Source: Lama guanicoe
Taxonomy: Eukaryota
NCBI GenBank assembly: GCA_013239625.1
Contig: MU054187.1
Coordinates: forward strand, 18,220,711 to 18,284,710
Length of the DNA: 64,000 nucleotides
Direction of reading: 5' to 3'
This document shows positions 26,766 through 39,279 of the stretch, in pieces; the first letter of the stretch is position 1; each line of letters opens with the position of its first letter. Position numbers and translations under genes: made by a program. The notes beneath the pieces were generated by a model. It was not told the origin of the DNA. It made no database searches and saw only the letters and a list, made by a program, of their open reading frames with translations.

Positions 26766-27989
26766 AGACCCACCAATACCCTTTATTTTTTTTTCCTTAT
26801 AAGTGGTGCAAGGTACAGCAACTTGTCCCCACCTTGGAAGAGAAATCCCAATGGGCTCCTGACCATTGGGTTTCTCAAACTTCACTAAGATGGCAGCCTC
26901 CTAAAATTTTGTGGGGATTATCTCCCACCTTCTGGTTCACATAGGTCTTACTAAAGCATAAAAAAATACTCCACTGCTTATTGCATATTATATCCAATCA
27001 GCATGATGTCCTTGACTTAGGGGGTCACTGTAATATTTTGTCAAGCATCAGTGCAGTCATGACCTCCAGAGAGTCTAGTTGAACAAAACAGTACTTAACA
27101 CTTTACTTGCTTACCAATTTAACCAAACGATTCTCTCTCTTTTTTTTTCAAATTTTGCCCTTTTTTCCTTTATAAATAAATTACTAAATTTGATCTCTGT
27201 GAATTCAAAACATGTATTAATATTTTAGTCTCTTATTTCTGATTCTTTTTGAATAGGTGATATTCTCTGTTATTTTAATTCTTCATAATTTTCATACTTG
27301 AAAATGACAAACACTGTGTGACTATACACGTGGCTAAATAAGATATCATACAAGAGTTTCAATAATAGAATAATGCTACAGTATTTTTTTAGGTTGGTTG
27401 AATTAAGGGTCCTCCTCCCTTTTGTTTTAGATGTGTTTGAAATATTTATATTGATTTTATAATAAAAAAGATTGTTGCTACCCATAAAAGAAATCTCTGA
27501 GCCATTTGGAATTTATCCTAATGGATTCAATTTCGTCCTATTTTAAATACACCTGAGAGCAGAGAGCAGGAGGGTAGACACAGGCAGGCAACATGGTAAT
27601 GGTATAAAGTCAGCTGTGCCAGGTAAAAGCAAACGGATTATGGTGGTTCTGACAATATGGAGAGAGACTATTGACCAGGTCATAAATGCACATCAAATGC
27701 CAGGAGCTGAGCTAATATCCCTCAGTAAAGATAATATATCACAGCGACACCGCAGATCCCCACCTGAGAATGTTTACAATGATCCACAGCCATTCTCCAA
27801 AATCCATTGAACCTCTGCAGAGGCCGAACTGATGAATTAAAGAAGAATGATGGATATCACCACTTACCATTTTTTAAGGCTTTGATGGTGTCATTAATAT
27901 CTGAAAATCCCCCCCAGGGGTGGCATTGCTCCTGGTTTACTAACTTGGTGGGGAGCAGAAAAATTCAGAAGTTTCCATGAGCTCCTCCT

Positions 27990-29300
27990 GCATGATGGCT
28001 CCTACCCCATCCGTCAAAGGCCAGTGTGGGGAGTCTTCCAGGTGTGAAATATTTCCAATCCAATTATACGTTCAGAACCTAGTGAAACAACAACAAAATG
28101 GGCCTGTGAATTAACTGGGTGCTCTGTGAGTCGCATCCAGGGTGACTCCATATGTATGACCTGACCGCAGCCACAGCGGTATTTTGGGTCATCAGGAATT
28201 AGCAACAATTGAGAACCCATACTGAGTAATTCCCAAAGGTCTGGGTATTTTTTCCTAGTGCACAGTCACTCTGTAAATGTATGCAGACTTGAAGATAGAT
28301 TCATGGTATATACTCATGGAAATGCTGCAGGGCTCTTCCTCAGGAGAACTTGACCTTCCCTTCAAAGAAGCCTGACCTTCCCTTCTCCTTCAGTAGAGCT
28401 AAGGGGCTCCGGGACTATGATCAGGCTTAGGACTGGAAACCTAGTGAAAGTCCGTGACCCTCCTCAAGCACTTAATCATTGATCCCAGAGGGCTTTCTGT
28501 TATAATTCAAGCAGTGTTCTTGCAGACTTCCCATCTATTTTATTCTTAAAGACACTGTGATCCATTAGCTACAGTCAGTGGTCCCTGTGGACCAGAGTGT
28601 TCTGATTGCTGTTACATCCCTGCTGGCCTTTATAGCAATGTGCCTACTTTGTCTTTGTCATTTGGCCACTTGGCCTCTGATTCTCTGGTATCCTACTATC
28701 TTTATTAAAATCAGGAAACTCATATAACAGTGGTGTTACCCTCAGTCATACCTGGCTACAAAGGAGAGCAACCCCAGACTTTGTCAAGGATGCAGGTGGT
28801 CCCCTCAGTGTATGCATCAAGATCCTGGTGAAGGGGTTGAATTCTGGGCCTTTTAATTCCTTCTTCCACATCATATCATGCAAGCACTGGATCCCAGCCT
28901 CATGAAAATAGACCACCACTGACTTCAAGTTTTGGTCAACCAACCAAATAAGTTGTCAGTGTCACTTCCAACTCCATGAACTAACAGATAAAGTCCAGAA
29001 TTTCCACTAACTGCACCCAAAGCAATGCATTTGGCCCAGCCTTTCTAGCTATTTCCCTGTGTCAAGAGAGACTCAGAGTAATTGAGGAGGTTCAGTATTT
29101 TGTTTCCTCTGATTCCAACCAGATCTCCTCATTTTAATTTTCAGAATCCCATTCTTTCCTAGTTAATTCTCTGACTTTCACATGAGAAACTGGTGAGGTC
29201 GTTAGTTCAACTGATGTTATATTTCTGGGATTGAAATCCTCTTTTTTTTCCTCCCTGTTGTGGTGAATCCAAACCCTCGCCTCTGGTTTTTCAAGCCAGT
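27990..29300 (-). mobile_element. ERVL-class endogenous retrovirus internal remnant (gag + protease)
   Basis: Minus-strand translations KEWDSEN..EEIWLE, NLFGWLTKT, EAGIQCLHDM..KGPEFNPFTRILMHTLRGPPASLTKSGVALLC (gag) and WELLSMGSQLLLIPDDPKYRCG..RLTEHPVNSQAHFVVVSLGSERIIGLEIFHTWKTPHTG (protease) parallel recalled HERV-L Gag/Pro. Confidence 0.85.
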
Positions 29301-29565
29301 AAGACTGCATATTTCTATCAGAGTGTCAGCCAGCCTGCATGATTCTGGCAGGAGTCTGCACTCAGGCAAAAAGAGTCAACTAATAGTCCTCCTTCAAATA
29401 GTCATTTTTTATACTTTTAACTATTTAACTTTTCTGTTATCCGGAGGAGGGTTGGTCCAATAGGAATTGCTTTGTCATTACTAGATACAAAACATTTCCT
29501 AAACTGAATTCTTAAAAGGCTCAGAAAAAATTTGTGTATGTCAAATCTATTTTTCATATCACATA

Positions 29566-30052
29566 TGTGGCAGATTGTGTTTTCCTAAGTGGCCACAACA
29601 ATATCTTCCCCATCCCTTTTGTTTGTCTTCCAAAGTGACTTTAGCACTTCTCCACCAAAAGCTGTCATTTATGTCTCCTATCCTCATGAGTCTAAGTGGG
29701 GCTCATGCCTGCTCTGATCAATACAGTATAGTAGAAGTGACGTCATATGACTTCAAGGCTAGGTCAACAAGAGGAGATGCACCCACATGGCTTCTCTTCT
29801 TGGACATTAGCTCTTGCAAACTGAGCCAGCCAAAAACCCGCATCCACCATGAAACTAACAAGTGAGTGAGTGAGTATTTGGATGATACCAGATACCAGCC
29901 TTCAAGTCTTCCAACTGAGACTTCAGATACCATGGAACAGAGACAAGCTGGTCTCCCTGAGCTTTCTCCAAATTACTGACCCAAAGAATTTGGGTTGGTT
30001 TTTGCTACTGAGTTTTGGGGGTAATATGCTACAGAATCATAAATGACCACCA
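29566..30052 (+). mobile_element. MaLR solo LTR (MLT1H-like)
   Basis: Starts tgtggcagattgtgttttcctaagtggccacaacaatatct; contains agaagtgacgtcatatgacttcaaggctaggtca; ends ctactgagttttgggggtaatatgctacag. Confidence 0.85.
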
Positions 30053-30859
30053 CGAGTAAGAAGTTAGGATTATCCAGCCATGACATCTGTAACACCAATG
30101 GCTTCCAGTTTTATTTGGGTTGATATGGTTGCTTAAAGAGATAGCCCCTCCCCCTTCTCTCTCACAATTCCCTCCTTAAGTGACAAGTTAAGACAATGAA
30201 GTCAAATTTCCCAGAGAGAAGAGGCAGTTCTTGAGTGAAATGTATTCCTCCATTAGGACCTCCAGACCCTTGGAAATTTTAGACTAGTCAGTTATTTGAA
30301 CCTTTGTCTTTGTTTCCAAGAATCAATAATTTAATTTTTATTTGGAGTATTTATGAGTCAGTTATATTGCTTCCTGGAGTCTCATACAAGGTCAACTTTT
30401 CACTATACAGGCCAGCATTTCCTGAATTTTAAATAGGAGATTAATGCTCTTAGTAGAATCTCAATAAAGGAAGAGTTAAGCACATTCTGCCTACCTTTGT
30501 CAAATAAACTATGTATTAAATGAACAATTGCAAATAATAATAATAAAAGATAAGTGCACAGCTCTACATTTGGGGATGGGAGGGAGGGAGCTAAGTTGTA
30601 GCTATGAACTTCCTTCCAGAGGGAAAGGACCCGGCATCAAGGGAATTATGTAGATCTGTTCAGTAAAGGCAGATTGATGTTTTGAAAGATAAAATGTCCA
30701 TACTTTATTTCTTTTGAGTTGTTTGTTTTCTTCAAAAGTCACTGATAGCCATGAGCTTTTCAAAGACAAATATTGTCTAAAATCTATCACATGATTACAG
30801 AAGAAAACAAGGGAGGTAGATAAAGATAATGGGATATTAATACCAGTGTGGTTAAGGTC

Positions 30860-31330
30860 AAACTCATTCATCACTAATGGCAATACAAATCGGTACAAGG
30901 CTTTTGGAGAGCCATTTGGCAATGCCTATCAGGAGGAATAAAAATGTTCATATCTGGTCACTCAGTGATCCCACTGCTGGGAGCGTTTCTTAAGAAATTA
31001 CATTAGAAGCAGCATAATAGAGCTATAAGTATGAAGGTTTCTATTTCATACATTTTCTTAGACTCACCAAAAAACTGGCAACAATCTAAATGATGAACAA
31101 TTAGAGAATGTTTTTGAAAAGCCAGTGAACTCTTATGTAGTTATTAAAAATAATAATTTTAAAACCTATATAACACCATAGAGAATATGCTAGTTTTTGT
31201 GATATAACATTAAATAATAATAGAACTATATAAATAGAAAATGTGACTATACTAAGTAAAAATATATACATAAATGTGAACAAGTCGTGGATGAGAACAT
31301 GTAAAGTTGTGTTGATATTTAGGATTTGTG
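30860..31330 (+). mobile_element. Ancient L1ME 3' fragment
   Basis: aatacaaatcggtacaaggcttttggagagccatttggcaatgcctatca...gatcccactgctgggag...caatctaaatg. Confidence 0.7.
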
Positions 31331-31482
31331 AGCATCTTAGGTTAATTTTATCTTTTTGAATTTTGATATCTTTTAATTAGTAAACAATGCTGATTATACA
31401 ATAAATGATAACAGACCCATACTCCTTAAAACTATTTATTTAGATCTCTTTCATCTCTGAGAGCATTAGTGAAAAATGATTC

Positions 31483-32405
31483 TAGCCATTCTAACAGGGG
31501 TGAGGCAATGTCTCATGGTTTTAATGTTCGTTTCCCTGGTGACTAGGTTATTGAGCGTATTTTCACATACCTGCTGACCATTTGTATGTCTTCTTAGGAA
31601 AAAATGTCTATTCAGTTTTTCTGCCCATTTTTTGATTGCATTGTTTGGAGGGGGAGTGTTGTTAATGAGTTATATGAATTCTTTATATATTTTGAATATT
31701 AACCTCTTAACAGACATATGATTTGCAAACATTTTCTCCCATCTTATAAGTTATCTTTTCATTGAGTTGATTGTTTCTTTTGCTATGCAAAAGCTGTTTA
31801 GTTTCACTTAGTTTCAGAGTAGCTATCATCAAAAAGATAAGAGATAAGACGTGTTGGCGAGGGTATGGAGAAAAGGGAACCATTGCACACCATTGGTAGG
31901 AATGTAAATTAGTAAAGCCACTATGGAAAACAGTATGGAGGTTCTTTGAAAAATTTAAATTAGAACTGCCATATGACCCAGCTATCCCATCTCTGGGTAT
32001 ATAGCCAAAGGAAATAAAAACAGGATATCGAAAAGATACCTGCACTCCCATGTTTATTGCAGGAATAATCACAATAATCAAGATATGGAAACAACCTAAG
32101 TGTCAGTGAATAAATGGACAAAGAAGATGTGGTAAATATAAACAGTGGAACATTATGCAGCCATGAAAAGAAGGAAATCCTGCCACTTGCAACAATATGG
32201 ATGGATCTTGACAGAATTATGCTAAGCGAAATATGTCAGACAGAGAAGGACAAATACTGTATTATATCACCTATATGTGGAATCTGCAAAAGCCAAAGTC
32301 ATAAAAGTAGAGAGTAGAATGGTGGTTACCAGGGGCTGGGGTTGGGGTAGCTGAGGAGATATTGGTCAAAGGAACAAACTTCCAGTTAGAAAATGAATAA
32401 GTTCT
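31483..32405 (+). mobile_element. L1 (L1MA/L1MB class) with 5' inversion
   Basis: 31483-~31812 is antisense L1 ORF2 3' sequence and ~31815-32405 is sense; the two segments are adjacent in the L1 consensus. Confidence 0.85.
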
Positions 32406-32837
32406 CAGAAACATGGATATAAAATTTAAATAGATATGTCTGCTTCTTCTTCCCAGATAGTCATTATCTGGGTCAAAAAAAAAAAAAGATAAAGTATATA
32501 CATAGGGACTCCATAATATTTCTTTTTGTTTAATTTCATTCCTTCACCCCAAACAGAGACACAAACACACACAATTTTTTTAGAGAGAAGGGTGTCCAAT
32601 TAGATGTCACCTTTGCAAAATATTCTACATGACTGACTGAACACATACCAAATGGTCTATAGAAAATAGTGGGAGTTTACCTGGTAAGTCCTGGGGGTTA
32701 CCATGCTCCTTCCCAGACCTTCTCTCTGTCCTTTGTTCTCAGGATTCCCAGCTGGACCAGAGTGAACTCAGAGGGACCGTCGGCAGCCCTCCAATCTTCC
32801 TCTCTCACTTCCTCTGATCCTGCTTTTCCAGCCAGTG

Positions 32838-33135
32838 ATAAAAAAGAATAAAATAATGCCATTTGTAGCAACATTGATGGACCTAGAGATCACCATTCTA
32901 AGTGAAGTAAGCCAGAAAAAGAAAGAAAAACACAGTATGATATCACTCATATGTGGAATCTGAACAAAAAAAGAAAAGAAAAGAAAAAAGAGGACACTAA
33001 TGAACTCATCTACAAAACAGAAATAGAGTCACAGACATAATAAACACTTATGGTTACTGGGAGAAATGGGGTAGGAAGGGATAGTTCGGGGAGTTTGAGA
33101 TTTGCAAATGATAGCCACTATATGAAAAAATAGAT
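32838..33135 (+). mobile_element. Camelid/artiodactyl L1 3' fragment
   Basis: aaaaaagaataaaataatgccatttgtagcaacattgatggacctagagatcaccattctaagtgaagtaagccag...tgaactcatctacaaaacagaaa. Confidence 0.85.
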
Positions 33136-34467
33136 GAATGATGAACATTCTCACTCCTATACAAAATTTTAGAAGCTCAAAACACATATGGGTTTAGCAT
33201 TGAAGAAATATAAAAAGGTTGGTGTCATTTTATCAAACAATGGAAAGGTACATTCACCTTGAAAGCTAAAACAGGAAAATTTTGAAAGATCAATAAAATA
33301 TTGATTCAAACATTTTTATGACATTGAGGAGATGTCATTACATGTTTTAGTATATTCTGAGTGAAGTGTGTTCTTCAGCGTGACCCTATCATGAAGTTAA
33401 ACTATTTCAAAACATTCTTTTTTTTTGGTCTCAGTGAAAAGATATCTGGCCAAAGTTGTCCCCAAACTGCTACATATGAATTGCAAATGATATTTATGTC
33501 AGTGGAGTGTGGTGCACATTTGGAGTAAAAACAATATATTCTGTCATTTAGATTAGAATCTTCTACATTCCTAAGTTGTCACTTGGAGAATCAAGTAGAT
33601 AAGCTAAGGATGGAGAAGTATAGAGAATAACTACTTTTGCTGACTCTCAGAAACAGATTTCAAGAGACTAATTTCTGTGTTTGGGGCTTTATTTCGAGAA
33701 TATTTAGAAAAAAATTTTAAACATGAAAATGGAGTCACTGGCAAAGCACTTTCCATCCAGAATTCTTCAGCAATATTTCTAGCATTGGTGTGACTCTAGC
33801 ATGATCCTGGAGCGTATTATAAATTCTAGTCAAGGAAAAGACTCGAAAAGTGAAATGCATTTTGAACATCAGGGTTCTATCAAATTACCTCAGTTTGAGT
33901 TTAATTGCCAGAGGCTGAGTGCCATGGAGATGACTGTAATTAGCAAAGTTGTAAAATATTCTGAAAGCCAACAGGAGGTTGGAGTGCATGAATGAAAATT
34001 CCATGTCCTTCCTGACTTATGACAATGTGGCTCTCCTGAAAACGCAAACTTTGGCTGTTATACTTTCAGGGATGACTGAAGCTAAACTGCGAAAACCTAG
34101 GCAAACAGCTTCAAATTGGAATAGACTGACCAAATTTTAAATACACTATCAGGCTAGCCAGGTGTGCTTTCATCTTTACATAAGAAATAAGTTTCCCTTC
34201 AATCTAACGGAACTGACTTCTCAACTGTTAACTACTCAAATATACCCCAACCCTCAGAATTTCCTATAACCAAGTCTTTCCCCTGGTCTTCTTCATATTC
34301 ACTGTTTTGCAATCAATGTGTTGGGACATTAAATTAAAAAGCACATCTCAATATGTTCTAAATGGGAAACAAAGAAATGGCATATGTGTATACAGAAGGG
34401 TTACATTTAAAGAACAGGACAAATGAACTAAAGTCTTACAAGCTATTTAGTGTATTTCGTAAGATTA

Positions 34468-34630
34468 GCCCTTCCAACTTAACCTTGCTCAAGTTACTTA
34501 ATTTCTTTATGCCTTAAATTCTTCATGAATAAAATGGGATTATATAATATAAGGTTGCTAGGAGGATTTAATGAGCACAAAACTTAGCCCAGGGACTAGC
34601 ACTTGGCAAGCTCTCAATAAATATTAGGTA
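34468..34630 (+). mobile_element. MIR SINE
   Basis: aagttacttaatttctttatgccttaaattcttcatgaataaaatggga...gcacttggcaagctctcaataaatattag. Confidence 0.75.
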
Positions 34631-35499
34631 CTGATTTCAACATTTTGACTAGATCAACCTAGATTTTAAGTATTTGAGCTCCATGGGACTACTGTGATTT
34701 AACTGAACATTAACTATTGGGAAGAACTTCAATCTACAATAAAATACTAGCCAAATATTAAAGATATTCTAACAGAATATGAATTAAATAGTATGAAAAG
34801 TGATGTGAATAAATGTATAATTCCATGGATGGATGAGGAGGAGGGAAAAAAATGTTTCTAATTAATGTAGTTTCAAGATTAGAATTCTGGACTAGACAAT
34901 TAGGACCTCTAGAGGAGTTTCTGTTTGCTTGTTTTAATCTCCAAAAGCTTTCTGAACCAAAAATCTTATAAAGGCATATGCATATATAGGTATAATATAT
35001 ATTTTTTAACTCCTCAAAAATTGTCTGATGGTTTGATTGATTATATTAATTTGACCTTATATAAATTCTTTCTTTATAATTTTCAAGTACCTCAAGATAT
35101 TAAAATAAAAATTAGAAAGCAATTTAAGAACATAAAACATGCCACTTATAAAGATTCAGATGCTACCATTAGCAGTAAGTACTTGTAATTTATTAATCTG
35201 TTTTCTCAACATATTAGTATTTTTAAAAGTCTGAGCAACGACTGTGTAACTATATCTTGCTGAGCCTCACAGTTCCTCAGAGGTGACTCAAGGGCAGCAT
35301 TGGAGGGTGAGAAGAATGGGTGGGTTTCTGGGTCTTTCATAATTCCCCCTTTTTCTACTGCCATTCAACCACAGCTCCAGTTTTATCAATTTTATCTGTG
35401 GTGATAATTTTTCTTAAGGAAAAAAATTGTTTTACTCCTGTTGAAGTTTTGAAAGCTTTAAATATTACCATGAAATTTATCTATAACAACTAGAATTCA

Positions 35500-36540
35500 A
35501 AAGATGTCATTAAAGCCCTCAACTGAAATAGCAAAGGCATATTTATTATTGCAAAGAAGAGTACTAAAATGAGAAATTAACTAAAATAGGGTGGTAGAGG
35601 AAAGGATAAAGGAAAGAAATACCTAGTTTTATTCACTTGTTCACAGCAAGAAAGTAAAAGATAATGTCTAGAGTATTAAATAATTAAGAAAATTACATAA
35701 CATAATAGTTCTAAAATTAGCCACTGGACTACAAATGCAAACCTTTGTAATATCGCAAAAGTTATACAGTAAAAGTAAAGTGAACCATAATGATTTTTTA
35801 AAACAGCAAGAACATAAAGTATAACTAATTTCAAAGAACTAGATTCAAACATAGCTGTCACATCAATAAATATAAATGGGCTAGATTCATATCTTTAAGA
35901 AAGGAAAGAAAATAAAAAGATGAACAAAGGTATATAAGGCAAATGTATAAAGGGAAGAGAAAAAGGAAGAAAAGAAGGAAGAAAAAAGAAGGAAGAATGG
36001 AAAGAGAGAAGGAAGGAGGGAAAGAAGGAAGGAAAAAAATGAGCTGTAGCCTTAATATCAGGACAGGTTGAATTCATGTCATAAAACATGAAATGGGACA
36101 AAAAGTCACTATATAATATTGAAAGTAGATATTCACAGTGAAGATCAAAAAAATGTCAAGATTGGCAAAGCACCAAAATATATAGCATCAATATTCACAA
36201 AGCAAAAACTATAGGAATTATAAAGAAAATTACAAAAGTAATAGAATTTATTTCACCTCTTTTAGTCCTTAACAGATTAAGAAGGAAAAATAAAACATAT
36301 AAGAGTAATATAGAAGACTTAAATGACATAATAAAGAAGGACTAACTAAAATAGATCAAATTCTGTTCCCCGAAATAAAAATAGCAACTTATTTTTACAT
36401 AGAACCCTCATTAAAAAAAAGACCATTAGGCTACAGTGAAAATCATAACTAATTCCAAAAAGTTGAAATAATACAGGCAACATTCTCTGATCACAATGCA
36501 ATGAAACTGAAAATCAATTATAAAACCAAAAATAAAAATA
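35500..36540 (+). mobile_element. Ancient L1M inter-ORF/ORF2 endonuclease remnant containing a GA-rich simple repeat (~35897-36040)
   Basis: aataaatataaatgggctagattc...gccttaatatcaggacaggttgaattc...acattctctgatcacaatgcaatgaaactgaaaatca. Confidence 0.75.
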
Positions 36541-36829
36541 TGCTTACTATTTGGGTGACTTTGTGCAAGTTATCTATCTTATTTATTTATTTATATCTAT
36601 CAATAAGAGCTTTTATTGCATCAAATGCAAACTAAAAATAATACTTAAATCACGGGGTCATTTTGAAAATTTTATGAATTTTAAAGTATTGTGTAAGTAT
36701 AAAACCTTATCCCAAAAGAATTATCTTCCTTCTCACATGAGAAGTGATTTAATTTGGCAGCTCCAAAGATTTAAACAACTTTATCTATGCTGTTTACTTG
36801 TGGCTAATTAAGTTAATTAAATTAAATTA

Positions 36830-36958
36830 AATTAAAAATTTAGCACTTCAAAACTAGTCTTATTTAAAGTGCCCATTAGATACATGTGACTAGTGGCTAC
36901 CATCTTGGACATCAGAATATTTCCATCATTACAAACAGTTCTATTGGATAGTCCTAGC
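36830..36958. mobile_element. hAT-Charlie MITE (MER3-like)
   Basis: acatgtgactagtggctaccatcttggacatcagaatatttccatcattacaaacagttctattggatag. Confidence 0.7.
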
Positions 36959-37682
36959 CTTTGTTGGGAAAATCAACAAAATATCTAGAAGTTCATGAGA
37001 ATTATTTAAATTTTACTTCAGCAATTAACAGGGTCCTTCTAGTGAGAGTCTTGGATGATTTTTTTTTCCCACTTCTCTTCCTAATTATACTAAAAGATCA
37101 TCCTCTTACTTAATATAATCTGAATACATTAAGGTGCTAATTGAATATGCTGAGTAAGCTGTGCATACTAATTGTCACTAATAAGTGTAATGCTGATTGC
37201 TTAAGCCTGTAACAGCTACTCACCTACACAGTGGTTCAAGTCAACGTGATAGTCCTCATTCTTCATTAGGAAAATGTGTTTCATTAAGTTGACATCATTC
37301 TCTGTGAGCCCAGAGGATTTTCACCACGGGTAGTCCTCTTAATGTTCCAAAGTGTACCATATGTGAATCCTGAATAAATTGCTCAGGCAGCTGAAGGTAA
37401 CTCTTATACCCACCCTTTCCTCAGTGATGCTTAGAGCATTTCATTTTGGTAAGCTTCAATCGGTATTAAGTGCCTCTATGTCTACTACATTTCTTCCTTC
37501 ATTAAGTATATTTTTAAACTTCTAATCCCACTAGCCTTGTGATCCTGGGCAGTTCAGAGTCACTCTGGGCTTCAGATTCTCCTTTAAATTAGGGAGTGGA
37601 AGGGGATGAGAAAATGGCAACCTAATTACAGGTTTATGTCTCTTTTCCTTCCCAGTTGAGAAAACTCTACTTAAAAAATATT

Positions 37683-37855
37683 AGAGACTAGACCTTAACT
37701 GTTCTCACCACACACAAAAAAATAATTATGTGATGTGATAGAGGTGTAAGCTAACACAATGGTAATCGTATTGCAATATATAAATGTATCAAATCAACAT
37801 TTACATCTTTAACTTACACAATGTTATATGTCAATTATATCTCAATTGAAAAATT
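37683..37855 (+). mobile_element. L1MA-class 3' tail
   Basis: tagaccttaactgttctcaccacacac...tatataaatgtatcaaatcaacat...aatgttatatgtcaattatatctcaat. Confidence 0.8.
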
Positions 37856-38052
37856 AGGGCTTACCTGGGGAGATTTGAGAGGTCACAAATATACCTAAGA
37901 ATTGATTTTTTAAAAATACCAAACCAATGAGCACTGAATAAGACATTTAGTATAAAAATAAGGGGAGAAATCTTAATTCATGGCAACAAAAATTATAATA
38001 TAACCAAGGATAAGCAAAATCAAAATAACCTTTATTTTTAAAAATCATAATA

Positions 38053-38176
38053 TTTAGAAGAAGGTATAGCTCCAATGGCAGAGCACATGCTCAGCATGCA
38101 TGAAGTCCTGGGTTCAATCCCCAGGACCTCCTCTAAAAAATTAAATAAATAAATCTAATTACCTCCCCTCCCCGCA
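38053..38176 (+). mobile_element. Camelid tRNA-derived SINE (Vic-1 type)
   Basis: ggtatagctccaatggcagagcacatgctcagcatgcatgaagtcctgggttcaatccccaggacctcc plus tail aataaatctaattacctcccc; TSD aaaaatcataata (38040-38052 / 38177-38189). Confidence 0.9.
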
Positions 38177-38514
38177 AAAAATCATAATACTTTATCAAAG
38201 GACAGCATGTAAAATGTGAGTAAATAAGGCAAAATAAAAACAGTAATGCTTCCCAAATTAATATATAAATCTAATGCAATTATAAACAAAATCCCATTGG
38301 TTTTCTTTAACTAGATGAAATATGTTTAACATTTGTGTGGAAAAATAAAGGTATGAAGTCTGTGAAGAAATTTTCAATAATGAAGATTAATTCATTCTTA
38401 AAAATTAACTGGGTATATATCCTATATATTATAAAAATGCTTGAAAGGAAGTTTTAATGGAACTGGATAGCATCTCTGATTGTGAGTAAAATAACTTACT
38501 TTTACAAATTAAAA

Positions 38515-38630
38515 AAGAACACACAATTACATAACACATTGCTAGGGCCCCTCCCAGCATCTTGGAAGAAATTTAAGCAAGTGAGGGTCTTGGAGACTGA
38601 GTTTCATAAGCTTCATAGTGGATCAGCCTC
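38515..38630 (-). mobile_element. hAT MITE (MER53-like)
   Basis: aacacattgctagggcccctcccagcatcttggaag...gcaagtgagggtc...cataagcttcatagtggatcagcctc resembles recalled MER53 in reverse. Confidence 0.6.
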
Positions 38631-39279
38631 CGTGGAGAAGATAATATATTTTCACATTGTCAAACCACAGTATTTCCAAGAGGCAAGAGATCATTCAAAA
38701 AAAGAAGACTTGGCCTTCGTTCTGGCTAAGGGCAGGGTCACCTGGTTTGAGGCTCACTGGTAGAAGGGAGCACAGAGTCCCTGCCTAGAAGGGGCAGTTG
38801 TGTTGGGACAAGGAGAAAGGGATGTGTGACGGTGACAGGTCAGTGTGGGCAGGAAAGGATAAAAATGGTCAGCCACACGAGGTGACTTAGGCAGAGGTGG
38901 AGGTTCCAGAGGGGGATAAGCAGTTTCAGGTTCACAGTTAGCGGCTCGACCTGAGAGATCAAAATGCAGAAATAGTGGTTAGTGGGTATGTCTGGCTCCT
39001 TGGGGGAGGCTACTTCCCAGCCCACTCCAAGTCTCATGTTCTGGGAAGGGCTTAATCTGGGTCCAGACAACCAGAGCATCCCTGAAACAAAAGATTGAAT
39101 GGTCTGTAACTGGAGTCCCCCATCCTGTCTTCAGTCACTCTGGGTGGCCCCTCCCTCCCAGCAAGATGCTGATGCAGAAAGGGGACCTGGGAAAAGACTT
39201 CATTCCGCTACCTGCCTACCAGCCCAGAGCAACACAGATGCCCTGCAAACCATTCTGAAAGCTGTGGAGGAGACTCGGG

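Noticed and set aside
31707..32081. 124-aa ORF
   Set aside because: Artefact of reading through the L1 inversion junction.
35897..36040. GA-rich purine tract as a special structural element
   Set aside because: Imperfect (GGAA/GAAA)n low-complexity expansion inside a decayed L1; very common.
38053..38135. tRNA gene (A and B boxes; also 1870-1940)
   Set aside because: No proper acceptor stem, and it has a SINE tail and TSDs, so it is a tRNA-derived SINE.
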